Shown: positions 31,574 through 47,992, numbered from the stretch's first letter. The stretch is 64,000 nt of DNA from the human T2T-CHM13v2.0 reference genome, Homo sapiens (GCF_009914755.1 NC_060935.1), one strand, 5' to 3'. Numbers and translations: made by a program. The notes: generated by a model from the letters alone, not told the origin.

Positions 31574-33093
31574 GTAAAAGACCCCAGCCCGGGGCTGAGG
31601 ATGGCGGGAGAGGCCTCAGCGGCCTGGGTGGGGCTTGGTCCCGAGCTCCCACTGTGCTGAGACTCGGGAAAAGGGCTGGGCTTTTTCTCCTTTTTTTTGG
31701 AGTGTGTTTTTGTGTGGAGTGGTTTGTGGAGTGATTTTTGTGTTTGGTTTTTGAGTTGTGTGTGCTGCAGGCATTTCTTTCTTCAAGGAGGAAACTGAGT
31801 CCTAGGAGAGGGGCAAGGCTTGCCCAGGGTCCTCTGGGAACCGGGGACAGAGTGGGGACTCGAACGCAGGTCTCCTAAGGCCCCTTGGAGGCGTCAATCC
31901 CCGGTCCTTCCACCAGGCCCTGGTGGGCGCCTATGGCCATGCCTTGACCAGATCCTCAGATAACCTTGCAAGGCAGGAGGGACAGGTAGCATTTTCTGCA
32001 TTTTGCAGATGAGAGACTGAGGCTGAGAGAGGGGATATGACTCATTCCAGGTAACAGCATTCTGACAGGGAGCTGGGACTAGGAGACACCATTCCCCGGA
32101 CCTCCTTAGGTCTGAAACAGCAGCCCTGTTGCATCCTGAACTCTGGTTCAGGCCGTGGCTCCCACGGTGCTCTAGACCCCAAAGGTGCTGGGTACCCCTT
32201 AGCAACAGCATGGTGCTGCCAACCCCTTTGCCTCCTTTTCTCTCCTCAGCCCTCCATTTCCTCTCTGCCAAATACTGACATCCTTCCACTTTGGCCTGGT
32301 GCTGAGTCCTTCTTCCTTCCTGCCTGCCTGGCAGAGTTCTGAAACAATCCACACACCCCCAGCAGTAGACAGGGCATGTCAGGAGCAAGGAGCTTGTCTG
32401 GATGGTGGCCTCTCCCCTCTGCCCACAGATCAGCCCTGGAAGAACCTCCTGCCCCCACTCACCCTGACAGACCAACACTGTAGGCTGGCCGACTGCTGGG
32501 GTGCACACAAGGCCAACCTGAGAGAGGGGAGTCCCAGGCACTCGAAGCACTGGCACCCAGGAGAGTCCCCACCCGAAAGCCCTGTGCTGTAAGGTGGCTG
32601 TACTGCTGAGACGGGCGTAGCTCTGGCCTCTCCCACTCTTTCCTCTTCTCCTGTAGCCCTGCTGGCCCCTCGCTGGGCCCATCCATTCCTCCTGGTCTTG
32701 GGCATACTCTGGTTAAACCCCATCTTCCCCTCCTACCCGTTCTTCTCTCTCCTCTGTCTTTTCAAAGCTCCTTGAGGCATCTGGGAACACTCCATGATAT
32801 TTCCTGCTCGAGTTTCCTACTCCTGGGATTAGAACCCACTTACTGAGAAATCATGGAGAGGTCAAAGTGCAGGAGCCCAGAGTCTCCAGAAATGGCCCCC
32901 TCCAGAAGAAGTTTTAGGAACAGAGAATTAGGATACAACAGTGACCAATCTGATACCAGTTACATCTACTGGGCACCTCTTCTGAGCCAGGCTATGAGCT
33001 AAGCACTTATATTTATCACCTCATTCACTCCCCACTGCAACCTGGCGAGTAATTACTATTACTCCCACTTTACAGGTGAAGAACTGGGGCCCA

Positions 33094-33400
33094 GGCTGGG
33101 TGTGGTGGCTCACACCTATGATCCCAGCACTTTGGGAGGCCAAGGCAGGAGGATTGCTTAAGGCCAGGAGTTCAAGACCAGCCTGGGCAACATAGTGAGA
33201 CCCTGTGTCTACAAAAAAATTTAAAATTAGCTGAACATGGGGGTGAGCACTTGTAGTCACAGCTACTTGGAGTGGGGGCTGAGAAAAGACAATTCCTTGA
33301 GCCCAGGAGTTGGAGGCCGCAGTGAGTTGTGACTGTGCCACTGCACTCCAGCGTGGGTGACAGAGTGAGATCCTGTCTCTAAAATTTAAAAAAAGAAAGA
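33094..33400 (+). mobile_element. AluJ-type element inserted in a MIR
   Basis: Dimeric Alu with TSD AACTGGGGCCCA on both sides. Confidence 0.93.
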
Positions 33401-34374
33401 AACTGGGGCCCAGAGAGGCCAAGGTGCTCACTGAGGTCACATACCTTGTGACACAACAGGGATTCGAGTGCAGGCCTGCCTCAGGGACTTGTCTAAGGCC
33501 ATATACAAGCGAGGGCTAAAGTGAAGTTTTCCAAGTCCCTGCTTTTTAAAAAATAATTTTAATTTTTAAAAATTTACTGTGCTGTCTCCATAAACGTCAC
33601 ATCTTAGGAAAGAAAACATACTTCGTAACTGCTAGAAACACGATGGCTTTTTAAAAGGAAGATGAAAATCAGCTTGGTTAATTGTGAGACATTAAGTCAC
33701 AGTTTATTCAATGACAGTGTACTAGTGTGGCAATGCTCCCATCAGGATGGAAGCCCACGCCACCTCTTGCAGTGAGTGATCTGCACTCCCATCATCGGCA
33801 GATCCCCGAGCCCTGAGTTTTCAGCCTTTGACTCCTACATCTGCCTCCCTGGGGCAGCCGTGGGCAGCCCCACCACAGCCCTTGCTGGTGAAGGGCCCAG
33901 CCCAGCTGTGATAAAGGCAGCTCTTCTAGGATATTGAGTACCCCCTGATTAATGCCTAAGCCCAGTCATATGTCCTGGGGCCCTGAGCCCAAGAGACACC
34001 TATTCACTCTATGCAGGTGGCCTCCTGCCTGAGACTTCCCAGCCCCTTTCATATCACGCTCTGGGGTCTTCCTCTCAGATCCTTTCTGGGGAGCATTTGA
34101 CATTGGCCTTTGAACTTTTCACTTCCACCTTTACCCCATCCCCATCTGCAGATTATCCCAGAAAACAGCAAATACCAGGAAGGACAGCCTTTCCCCCCAA
34201 TGAAATAAAACCAAATCAGAAACCCAGATGGCTACCTACAAACCTTTATTGAGTACCTACTATATGCCAGGCATTGTCATGGGTCTTGGGGACGTAGCAG
34301 TGAATAAAACAGAAAAAGTCTCTGTCCTTATGGAACTTAAGTTCCAGCAGAAGAGTGGATAGTTAGAAAGCCAA

Positions 34375-34668
34375 GGCCAGGTGAAGTGGCTCACACCTGT
34401 AATTCCAAAACTTTGGGAGGCCGAGGTGGGCAGATTGCTTGAGCTCAGGAGTTCAAGACCAGCCTTGGCAAAATGGCAAAATCCCATCTCTACAAAAAAT
34501 ATAAAAATTAGCTAGGCACAGTGGTACACACCTGTAGTCCCAGCTATTCAGGAGGCTGAGACAGGAGGCCGAGTCTGGGAGGTCGAGGCTGCAATGAGCC
34601 AGGATCGTACCACTGTGCTCCAGCCTGGGCGACAGAGTGAGACCTTGCTTCAAAAATAATAGTAAATA
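34375..34668 (+). mobile_element. AluJ-type element inside an L2 (L2 spans about 34240-35560)
   Basis: Dimeric Alu with TSD TAGAAAGCCAA; flanks match L2 (tttattgagtacctactatatgccaggc). Confidence 0.9.
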
Positions 34669-37052
34669 GATAGAAAGCCAATAAATAAGTAAAACCTGCA
34701 GTGTATCAGATGGTGAGATGTAGTATGGGGAAAGATTAAGGAGGGAGGAATGCGGCGGTGGGACTCTGTGATTTTCAGTGGTGTGGTGGGTGCGGTCAGG
34801 AAAGGCCTGCCTGAGAAGCTGAGCAGGAGGTGAGGAAGAATGTGCCCAGCCACATTCCAGAGGAAGGGCTTTGCAGGGAGAGGGGACAGCAAGCACAGAT
34901 GCCCTGAGGTGCTTTGCAAGCCTATGCCTGCATCCCAGGTGCACCTCAGGCAGGGCAAGGAGGCTGGAGGGGCTGGAGGGGAGGGAACAGGTGTTACAAA
35001 GACCAGAGGCCCCTGGGACTAGCTCCTTTGGGGCACTGTGGGTCCCTACAAGGACCTGTGCCTTCATGCGAGTGAATCAAGGAGGCGGTGGAGGGTTCTG
35101 GGTGGGGAAAGGATGTGATTTTGTTCCTCACTTGGACTGCTGTGTTGAGAGTGTAAGGGTCCCAGGCACTCAAAGCTCCAGCACCCAGAAGAGTCCCTGT
35201 CTGAAGGCCCTGTGCTGTAGGGTGGCCACGCTGGTGAGACAGGTGTGGCTCTCGGCTGTCCCACTCTTTCCTCTTCACTAACTCCCCAGTCCCAGGGGAG
35301 GGTGGCCTGGAATGTGGGGGATGGAAGCAAAGAGACGAGTTGGGGGGTGGCTGCAGGAATTTGAGAGCAATGCTGGTGGCTGGGACCAGGCTGACGGTGG
35401 AGGAAGTGGTGAGGGGTCAGGTTCTGGAGATATTTTGAAAGTAGAGCCTGTAGGATTTGCGGATATATTAGATGTGACAGAAGAGGCACTGAGGACAGTT
35501 GCTAGATGTTTGGCTGGAGCAATGGGAAGGTGGGCAATTTCTGTGAACCCATGGATGTCACTAGGAACCAGTTCAACAGCACTTCAGTAGATCAAAGTGT
35601 TGACTGTTACTTGTGTCATGTAGGCCCTGGCCATGCAGCAATAAAGAGGCAGACGCATCCTGTCCTCATGGGGCTCCCAGCCCAGCAGGGAGGACGGGCA
35701 GAAAGCAGTCGTTTTATTGTGATGACCAAGACCAAAGAAGGGTGTGCGTGCGCGTGTGTGTACACGCGGTGGTATGCGTGTGCTCCTAGTGGCGTGTGTA
35801 TGTGCATGCTGAGGTTGTGTGTGTGTTGTGTGTGTGTGTGTGTGCATGCGTATGCGTGTACTCATGTCAGGGGCCCTAATGCAGGCTGGGTACAGCCCAA
35901 CTTGGACAGCTCCCCTCCAGTGACCGGGGTCACCCGGTGCTGCTGCTGGATCAAATTGAGGACAACGCCAGGGGCCACAGATCTGACCACCACCCTACCG
36001 CATTGCAAATACTCCCCAGCTTCTCTGGGCAAAGTCCTAGAATATATTCCAAATACAATGCAGTTGGAAAGCATTGCAGATTTCAGAATCGCAGGCACTG
36101 GCTCTTTCTCGGAAGGCCTCATCACAGTCTGGTGGCATAGTACCTAAATTGAGTATGAGCACAACACCTTTGTCCCCCCAAATACCTCACATATCTACAT
36201 CTACACCCCTGGTTTTTGATGCTACAGGATATCAGATGAAATGATGACTCTAAAAATATAAAAATCTTGCAATATTAATCAAATGAAGTCAAGTAAAATA
36301 AGAAATTCTCAACCAAATGAAAATTGCCAGGAAAACACTAATCAAGATGCTTTGGAACAAAACCTAAGCTCTGTGTCCAGTTCCCATCAGTCCTGCCATT
36401 TGGCTTCCTGTTTGTTTGCGGCTCAGGGCTTCCCCCACCTCATTTCACAGTATTCTCAGAGGGGACCCCAGTAGGGCAGGGAGGCGCAGGGGGCTCGCTG
36501 GCTGCCAGGATCGCCCAGGTGTGGCTGGTGGAGCACAGAACCCCTGGCTGCGTCGGAGCCACAGTGCGGGGGGTTAGGAGGAGGCTGCTTGTGTGCCTTC
36601 TTAGGAGGATTAGCCAGGCCTGCCCCGCCCCCAGCCTGCTGCTGCCGGCTAAGCCTGGGAGGGGAGAGGTCACCGGCAGCTCCCGCCCCTCCTCCTCGCG
36701 CTTGCCCACAGGTTTCCAGAAGGCGGCACCACCTTTCTAGGTTGCTGTTTACTGAAATATGCCCTGACCTCTGACCCTTGTCACAGCCTGGTCAGATGGA
36801 TAGATGGCATCACCTCCACTTAGGAAACTGAGGCTCTGCAACATTTAGTGACCTGCCCAAGGGCACACAGCTAGGAAGTGGTGGGCCAGGGCTTGAATCT
36901 AGGTTCGTCTAACCCCTGTCTCTAGAGATGACCTCAGTGTCCTGAGGTGACCAAGTCCGATTACTCCTTTATACAGGGAAGGGAGGGATGAGACTCAGGG
37001 GCTGCCCCTTGCTCAGAGTTATCCAGCGCACCAGGTGCAGGGGCAGGCTTGA

Positions 37053-37502
<450 letters not shown>

Positions 37503-39312
37503 TAGGGTGACGTGGAGGAGCTAGGTCAAGAATAAGGTAGGGTGGGAGTGAAGGATGTGAGACTTTGTCCCTTTGGGGAATGGGGGGCACCCCGGGAGCT
37601 TACAAAACAAGGCCCCCTATTTATTGGAGGCAGCAGGTGCCTTGGAAAGAGCCTAGTCTCTGCGGGGGGTTGCAGCAGGTTCAGATCCTGCCTCTACCAT
37701 GTACAAGTGGGCGACTGCAGACAAAGCAGTTTCTTCTCTTATGCCTCAGTTTCCTCATAGATGGAAACGGGACTGACCGTATCTACCTCCTAAGGCTATT
37801 CCATGCAGTAATGCTTGCAGATGCCCACACCCAGCAAGTGCCCAGTGATTGGCAGCTGTGGTTCTTGCTGGGGCTGCTTCTTTGAAAGTCCCCTTCTCCT
37901 TTGGCCCAGCTCAACCACCACCTCCTCCTGGAAGCCTCCCCCATCTCTTCAGCTGGTTGGGATATCCTCATTCTTGACTTTTCTGAATAACATTTGTTGG
38001 GCCCTTTCTGTGTGCCCAGCATAGGCTGGATGGTCAGTCCACAGCCTCCTTCAACCTTCTCAAACAGCCCGTGAGAAAGGGACTGTGCTGGTCCCAGGTT
38101 AGAGATGCGGGACTGGGGGCTCAGGGAGGTTAAGGGGCTCAGGCTGGGGCCACCTCGCTGCGAGCCCTCTCCTTTCGCAGCACAGGCTCTGGGAGGGTTG
38201 TTTACCCAGAGGCCTGCAGGGAGGCACAGGGGGAAGCTGGGGCCTCGGGATCTGGGGAGGGAAGGAAGGCCGGGGAAAGTGGCCCGGAGAGAGAGGAAAC
38301 AGTCTCCGGAAGCTGACAGGCTGCAAGACCGTCCCCTCCTGCTGCCTCCTGCCTGGAAAACATGTCCCAGAGTGGATGAGGCCTGTCCCCTTTAGGACTC
38401 AGGTCTGCAGGGGCCTGAGGGTCGCAGAGGGCTCCAGTGAGCTCTCCCTCTAATGCAGGGGGTGCAGGGGACTGACACCAGGGCAGTCGGGCACAGTCTT
38501 CCCTGGCTCTGAAGTGGGACCCTTCCCTCGGCCCAGTCCTCAGCATCTGTGGACTGGGCCTTGGCAATAGCCTCCTCAAGGGTCTCCTGCCTCCCTTGCC
38601 TCCTGTCCTGCCTGCCCTGGCCCCCAGTGACATTGTTCTCAAATGCAGACCTGGCCCAGTCTCTCCCTGCTCTAAAACTTCCCTGGCTTCCAGCATCCAT
38701 GGATGAGGCCCTCACAGAGCCCCACAGCCTCACAGCCCAGCACCTGCCTTCTACTCTTTCTCCCCAGCCCCTCCACCAACCAAACCCCAGGGCCCTTTGA
38801 AAAATGTGCCTCTTCCTTAAGGCAGCTAGAAAGTTGTCTGAATAACCGCAGATCTACAATACCTGCAACGTGAAAGGTCCTCCCTGGGGCTGTGCAGAGC
38901 ACCCCTCACCTGCACAGCCATAACTTGGCCTGGACCAGCCTCTCTAGCTCCCTCAAGATTCCCAGCAAAGTCCTGCGCTTTCAGGCTTCCAAACCTTTGC
39001 ACAGGCTCACCCCCTCCAGCCTTGGAATACTCCCCCTCCTGTCAGGGTTAGGGTGATAAAGACGCCTCCTCCATGAAGCTCCCCACTTGGGTGTCCCAAG
39101 GGGAATTAATCTGTCTTCTCTGTGCTCCCAAAGCACACAGCTCCACCACGACAGGCCTCACTTTATGCTCTTTTGTGGATTTGAGCTGCAGATCCCGGTG
39201 CCTGTCCCAGCTTTGCTCCTCCCATGCCGTGTGGACTTGGCCTTTCTGAGCCTTTGTCTGGGTTGGTCAAGTGCACAGCAGGGCTGCCTCCCAGCAGGAG
39301 CCTTGGCCCTGA

Positions 39313-39504
<192 letters not shown>

Positions 39505-39952
39505 TGAGTGCACAGAGGGCAGGAGGGGAGGGTCCCAGCTTTGGCTGGGCAAGGGTCCCAATTTTCTTATCAGGACCATGGGCGGGGCTTGACATCTGCT
39601 TGACCTCTCAGGTGCAGCACGGAAAATTGGGGTTCAGGTATTGGAATGCATCAGTGGGCTTCAGTTGCCATGTTCAGCTGGTGAGGACTTCACACATGGT
39701 GGTGTAAGGAACAAGACCAGGGCTGCCACGCGGGCCCTGGATGTCAGTTGTGAGAAAGGGTTTTGCAATCATACCATCCAGCTGAGCTAAGGAGAAAACT
39801 GGGGCTCAGAGAAGGCAGGACCCAGCTGAGGTCACACTTCGAGTCAGGGGCAGAGCTCGGGAAGAGCCCTGCCTCTCAGCCTCGGGGACACTCCGGAGGC
39901 CTTCCCACTGGAGAGGCTGTCCATTCCCTTGTGTTCCCCATCCTCACTCCAG

Positions 39953-40045
39953 GGCGACCTCCGCGGGACTTGCCAGCGCATGGCTGAGGCTGTGCTGGGC
40001 ACCCACGATGACTGGCAGATAGGCAAAACCAAGATCTTTCTGAAG
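39953..40045 (+). CDS. MYO7A: MYO7A exon 18 (converter)
   Basis: [31 protein letters not shown]. Confidence 0.98.
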
Positions 40046-42129
40046 GTGAGCACAGATGCCTTCCCTGGGCTGCCCTGGGGGGGCTGTAAATTCCCATGAT
40101 GTGGGCTGGGGTGCTCGGGAGAGGGAGGCAGTGCTGGGGCTTTGAGATCCTTTCTGCCGGGCTGTGGTGTGGCTGGAGGAGCAGGTGGGATCTGGCCTCT
40201 CTGGTGGGGAAGGGTAATTTGGTGTTTGAGATCATCTACAACCTGGGAGTGGAGTCAGAGCACTGACCACAGGTTACAAAGCACATGCCAGGGGCGGGCT
40301 GGCTGTTAGGCCCACAGCAGGGAGGCAGGGGTGCTGCTTGCCTTGGGGCCCTTTCTGAGCCTCATTTTCCCATCTGTAAATTGGGGTGTGCCTGTGTGGG
40401 GTCTCTTGAGTGTATCTTTAGGTTCCTTCCTGTGGTTTCCTGCCTGGCAGGGCCCATCCCGTGCTGGGGTCCGCAGCATGCCACCTGTCCGTCACTCTGT
40501 AGGGAGCTCAGCTCCCATTGCTGCCTGGGCAGCTGGGGAAGGAAGCAGGAAGCAAGGCCTGCGGGAGTCGCGGAGTCACAGCCTTGGAGACATGGCTGGG
40601 AGCTGGCAGTGGCAGGGCAGCCGCAGCAGGGACAGTGCGAGCTCCCAGTGCTGGGCTTCCCCATTTGCATTTCCGCTGTGCTAGATTTCTGGCTGTCCCG
40701 GATGACAGGGCTCCTTCCTCTGGTGTGGGGGGTGGGGCCTGGGCACTCCAAGGACAGCTGCAGGAGGGACAAGAACCAGCTCCGAACTGGAGGGAGCCTG
40801 CGGCCTCTTCTAATTCCTCTCCAGCCAAGGGGCTTCAGGCTAGGCCCTTTCTCTCCTTGCACCTGCATTTCCTCATCAGCAAGATGTGATGAATGTTCCC
40901 TGCCTGTGCCTCCCACAGCTGTCAGCCAGAAAGCACATTCCATGTGCCAGGCCCTGGGTGGGTGCTTTTCATCCATGAGCTCATTTAATCCTTGAAACAG
41001 TCCTGTGGAGAAGGAAATATTATACCCATTTCACAGGCTCAGAGAGAAGTGAGTTGCCTGAAACCAGGCAGCTAGGAAGCAGGGAGCAGGACTTCTAGTC
41101 TGGGAAGGTCTGATGCCCAGCCCCTGTGTGGGCAAAGTGGGGAAGGCAGGAATCATGATGGCATCTAGTACCAGGGAACTCGGAGGAGCTCCATCAGCCC
41201 CTGACTTACACTGCTAGGCTCTTCCGATATGGCCTTGGTTTTGAGAGGCCAAACATGCTCATTCATCCATTCATTCATTCAGAATGCCTCGGCTGAGCAT
41301 CTCCTCTGTCAGGGCCCTGTGTGTCTGTGATTATCTGATGGATTTGGCTCCCTCATGAGACTCTACCCTCCCCAAGGGCAGGGGCCATGTCTCCCTGGTT
41401 CATTGTGGCAGCCCCTCCCCTCCCCAGCATCTAGCACAGTGCCAGCACATGGAGGTGTTCAATTCATATATATTAAGTGAACCAATGAAGTTTTGTCCAA
41501 CTACAGTGAGGGTTGGGGTCTTGGATGAGGAGGAGAGAGGGCTGAAAAAGTTGGCAGACACCCTGGATCATGGGTGGCCTTGAATGCCAGGGTGAGGAAC
41601 CCAGGCTCGACGTGGGGAACCATGAGGTGTCACTGTAGGGTCACCATCCAGGTTGTGTTGAGGAGGGTCCCTCTGGCTGCTTGTGAAGGAGCGCCAGAGA
41701 GGGAGCCAGAAGGCCGCGAGACCTTTAGTTAGGAGGCTGCTACCAAGGTTCGGGAGAAGAATGGCAACAGCCCAGCCCAGGTGAGGGACTGATGTGACAG
41801 GGACATCTAGAAGCAGGGGGCTTGGGCAGATTGACGATAGGGAAGAAGCTGGTGTGTGTGCATACTGGGCCTTCCGACCCCATCCAGAGAGATTAGGCAC
41901 CTTCTGCTCCATTTGTCCTGCCTGGACCTCTGGGAAACAGCCACAACCCCTGTCTGTCCTGGTGGCTGTGGGAGGCTGCCCCAGGGGCCAGAGCCAGCTG
42001 GGAGCTCATGGGGCCCAACTGAGTTCTTGACCTGTGCTCCCAGTGAAGGAAGAGCAGCCCCCACTGGGACTGAGCAGGTGGTCCTAGAGGAGACCTTGTG
42101 GGGCGCTGCTCAGGAGCTCTGCCTCCTAG

Positions 42130-42315
<186 letters not shown>

Positions 42316-42721
42316 TAGGAAAAAAACGTGTTCACCTATGAAACAAGTGCACACATGCATGGCATGCACACATGATCATGTAAACACAGAGGAACATAGA
42401 TACATGATTTACATGGACCCATTGTGCCACGTAAGCCAAATAATGCAATACATTCACCTACATATGCACATGCACACGTAGATACATGAGACTCACATGT
42501 GGACCCACTGTTCATGTCAGATGCTGATGAAATTTTGCAAAGAGGAAATTTGAGATTTTATAAATTATTAATACAAAATGTGTCTCATATTCTATCTAAG
42601 GGATATGTGTACACATGACAATTCACAAATGTGCAGGACTGACTCCAAAGTGTGATTAAAGCTCTGCAAAAATTCCACAATGCACCCCTTTGCAGTTCAT
42701 ATGGTCACTCTCTCCCTTCTT

Positions 42722-44818
42722 CCACTCGTCCACCCACCTACCCATCCATCCGTCCGTTCACCCACCCACCTACCCATCCATCCATCCATCCATCTGCCCA
42801 CCTATTCACCCATCCATCCATCCATCCATCCATCCGCCCACCTATCCATCCATCCGTCCATCCATCCATCCGCCCACCTAGTCACTCACCCATCCACCCA
42901 TCCATTCATTCATCCATTCATCTATTCATTTACCCACTAACCCATCCAACATCCATCCATCCATCCATGCATCCATCCTCCCACCCACCCACCCACCCAT
43001 TCACTCATCCATCCACCCACCCACCCACCCATTCACTCATCCGTCCCCACACCCACCCACCCATTCACTCATCCGTCCCCCCACCCACCCGCCCATTCAC
43101 TCATCCGTCCCCCCACCCACCCGCACATTCACTCATCCGTCCCCCCACCCACCCGCCCATTCACTCATCCGTCCCCCCACCCACCCGCCCATTCACTCAT
43201 CCGTCCCCCCACCCACCCGCCCATTCACTCATCCGTCCCCCCACCCACCCACCCATTCACTCATCCATCCACCCACCCGCCCAACCACCTACCCATTCAC
43301 TCATCTATCCACCCACCCACCCATTCACTCATCCATCCACCCACCCATTCATTCCTCCATCCATCCATTCACCCACCCACCTACCCACCTGTCCATTCAC
43401 CCACCCACCTACCCACCTGTCCATCCATCCATCCACCCACCCGCCCACCTATTCACCCATCTATCCATTCATCCATCCATCCATCCATCCATCCATCCAT
43501 CCATCCATCCATCCATCTGCCCACCTATTCACCCATCTATCCATCCATCTGTCCATCCATCCATCCGTCCACCCATCCGCCCACCTATTCACCCATCCAT
43601 CCATCCATCCACCCACCCACCCACCTACCTAGCCACTCATCCATCCACCCATCCACCCACCTATTCATTCATCAATTCATCATCTATTCACCCACCAACC
43701 CATCCACCATCCATCCATCCACCCATCTACCCACCCATTCACTCATCCATCCACCCACCCACCCACCCATTCACTCATCCATCCATCCACCCACCCACCC
43801 ACCCATTCACTCATCCATCCACCCACCCACCCACCCACCCATTCACTCATCCATCCATCCACCCACCCACCCATTCACTCATCCATCCACCCACCCATTC
43901 ACTCCTCCATCCACCCACCCACTCACCCATTCACTCATCCATCCACCCACCCACCCACCCACCCATTCACTCATCCATCCACCCACCCACCCACCCACCC
44001 ATTCACTCATCCATCCACCCACCCACCCACCCACCCATTCACTCATCCATCCACCCACCCACCCACCCGCCCATTCACTCATCCATCCACCCACCCACCC
44101 GCCCATTCACTCATCCATCCACCCACCCACCCGCCCATTCACTCATCCATCCACCCACCCACCCGCCCATTCACTCATCCATCCACCCACCCACCCGCCC
44201 ATTCACTCATCCATCCACCCACCCAACCGCCCATTCACTCATCCATCCACCCATCCATCCACCTACCCATTCCTTCCTCCATCCATCCATTCACCCACCC
44301 ACCTACCCACCTGTCCATCCATCCATCCATCCATCCACCCATCCATCCATCCTTCCATCCATCCATCCACCTACCCACCCGCCTATTCACCCATCTATCC
44401 ATCCATCCATCCATCTGCCCACTTATTCACCCATCTATCCATCCATCTATCCATCCATCTGTCCATCCATACATCCATTCACCCATCCACCCACCTATTC
44501 ACCCATCCATCCATCCATCCATCCATCCATCCATCCATCCATCCGCCCACCTATTCCCCCATCTATCCATCCATCCATCCGTCCACCCATCTGCCCACCT
44601 ATTCACCCATCCATCCATCCATCCATCCACCCGCCCACACACCCACCTAGTCACTCATCCATCCACCTATCCACCCACACATTCATCCATCAATTCACCC
44701 ACCAACCCATCCACCATCCATCCATCCACCCACCCACCCATCCATTCACTCATCAGTCCACCCACCCATCCACCTACCCATTCATTCCTCCATTCATCCA
44801 TTCACCCACCCACTCCCA
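42722..44818. repeat. Complex (CCAT/CCCA)n tandem array with 32-bp units
   Basis: Unit GCCCATTCACTCATCCATCCACCCACCCACCC and a variant with ATCCGTCCC; almost no G on the + strand. Confidence 0.97.
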
Positions 44819-45315
44819 CAGTTGCTCATTTGCTTATGTGTGTCTCCAAGCATTGACTTATTGGCTCACTTGCATACTTGCACACCCATCCTTCGCTCTT
44901 CCTTTATTTATTTCTACATTCAGCAGACCCCTGCTGTCTGTGCATGGTCTCTGTCCTCTATCAGGCTGAAGATGACTGTTCTCCTATAGAAGCAGCCTGC
45001 TGTGTGCAGGGGGAACAGCACTGGGCTCACTTAGGGTCAGTCAGAAGACATGGGCTCTAGTCCCAACCTATCAAGTCTCAGTTGCCTCATGTATAAACTG
45101 AGGAAGTTAGACTGTTCAAAGCTTTTGATCTTTATATTATTTTAATTACTTATTTTTTCATACATTTATTCATTCAACAAATACCTTTTGAATGTCTACC
45201 TTCATGGGCTTATGTGACAGGCCTGTGGGGCAGGCAGGGCAGGCATTATTCTACACATTGTACGGATGAGGAAGCTGAGGCACAGAAGTTATGTGCCTTG
45301 CCCAAGGTCATATAG

Positions 45316-45957
<642 letters not shown>

Positions 45958-45977
45958 TAACGATGGGGGGGCACTAA

Positions 45978-46881
<904 letters not shown>

Positions 46882-47175
46882 TGAGAGCCTCCAGGCACCT
46901 TAGGTGTCCACTTGCTGGCTTGTCCCCTCCCCAAGGCTGGCTTCTCATCTGTCACCCGGTGCTGCAGCCTTCCTTCCATCCTTCAGAATGGCCACACTAG
47001 ACCCACTCGGCCAGCATTGCCTGAGCTCTCGCTGGGCACCTGGTCCTGTGCCATGCAAAAGGATGAAGGGCTGTGGTGGCTCCAGAGGAAGAGGCCCAGG
47101 CCCTCAGCAGCCCCTTTCTAGTTGTTGAGATAACACCCTGGTAAAAGCACAAGCCAGCTGACGGCACGAGGGTGC

Positions 47176-47473
47176 TACACTGCCCAATAGAGAGCCACCA
47201 GCCACAGTGGCAACTGAACACTTGCAGTGTGGCCTGTCCGAATGACACAGTGCTTTAAGTGTGAAATACTAGATTTTGAAGATTTGGTGGGGGAAAAATG
47301 AATATAAAATATCTCAGTATTATTTTTATAATATGGATTACATGCTAAGTTAATATTTGGGAAATATTGAGTTAAATATACTGCTAAGACTAATCCCACC
47401 TATTCCTTTTTGCTTTTTAAAACGTGGCTACTATATGGGTGGCTCACATTATATTCCTATTGGGCAACACTGG
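47176..47473. mobile_element. hAT-Charlie MITE (MER33/MER3-like)
   Basis: Terminal ctgcccaatag.../...ctattgggcaacactg followed by gtctagag. Confidence 0.7.
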
Positions 47474-47740
47474 TCTAGAGCCTCAAGCCAATGGCCGTGG
47501 GATGTCTGGGTTGGTGTGGTCCCCATAGAGCAGGCTCCTGGAGGAGGTGGCTCCCTGAGAGCCCTGAAGGACGGGCAGGATTGTTATTTGGCTTGTTGAG
47601 AGGCCTCTGAGTGGTCCAGAGGTGGGGAAGTCAGAGGCTCCATTCTTCCCAGCGGTCAGGAGGTGGGGACTGAGGCCCTGGCTGCTGCAGGGGCTCCCCA
47701 GGGAGAGCTTGTTCCGTGAGGCTGTGGCACCGGGGGCTGA

Positions 47741-47992
<252 letters not shown>

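Noticed and set aside
33021-35067. Minus-strand ORFs resembling database hypothetical proteins
   Set aside because: Alu-derived translations.
35740-35865. Alternating purine-pyrimidine tracts (also 56510-56580) as Z-DNA elements
   Set aside because: Imperfect (TG/CG)n microsatellites are common in introns; nothing specific supports a role.
36712-36740. Possible extra small exon (cccacag|GTTTCC...CTAG|gttgct) in intron 15
   Set aside because: 29 nt breaks the frame and the donor is weak.
42652-43632. 326-aa Pro/His/Ser-rich ORF
   Set aside because: Translation of the CCAT/CCCA tandem array, which lacks stops by composition; no ATG start or splice context.
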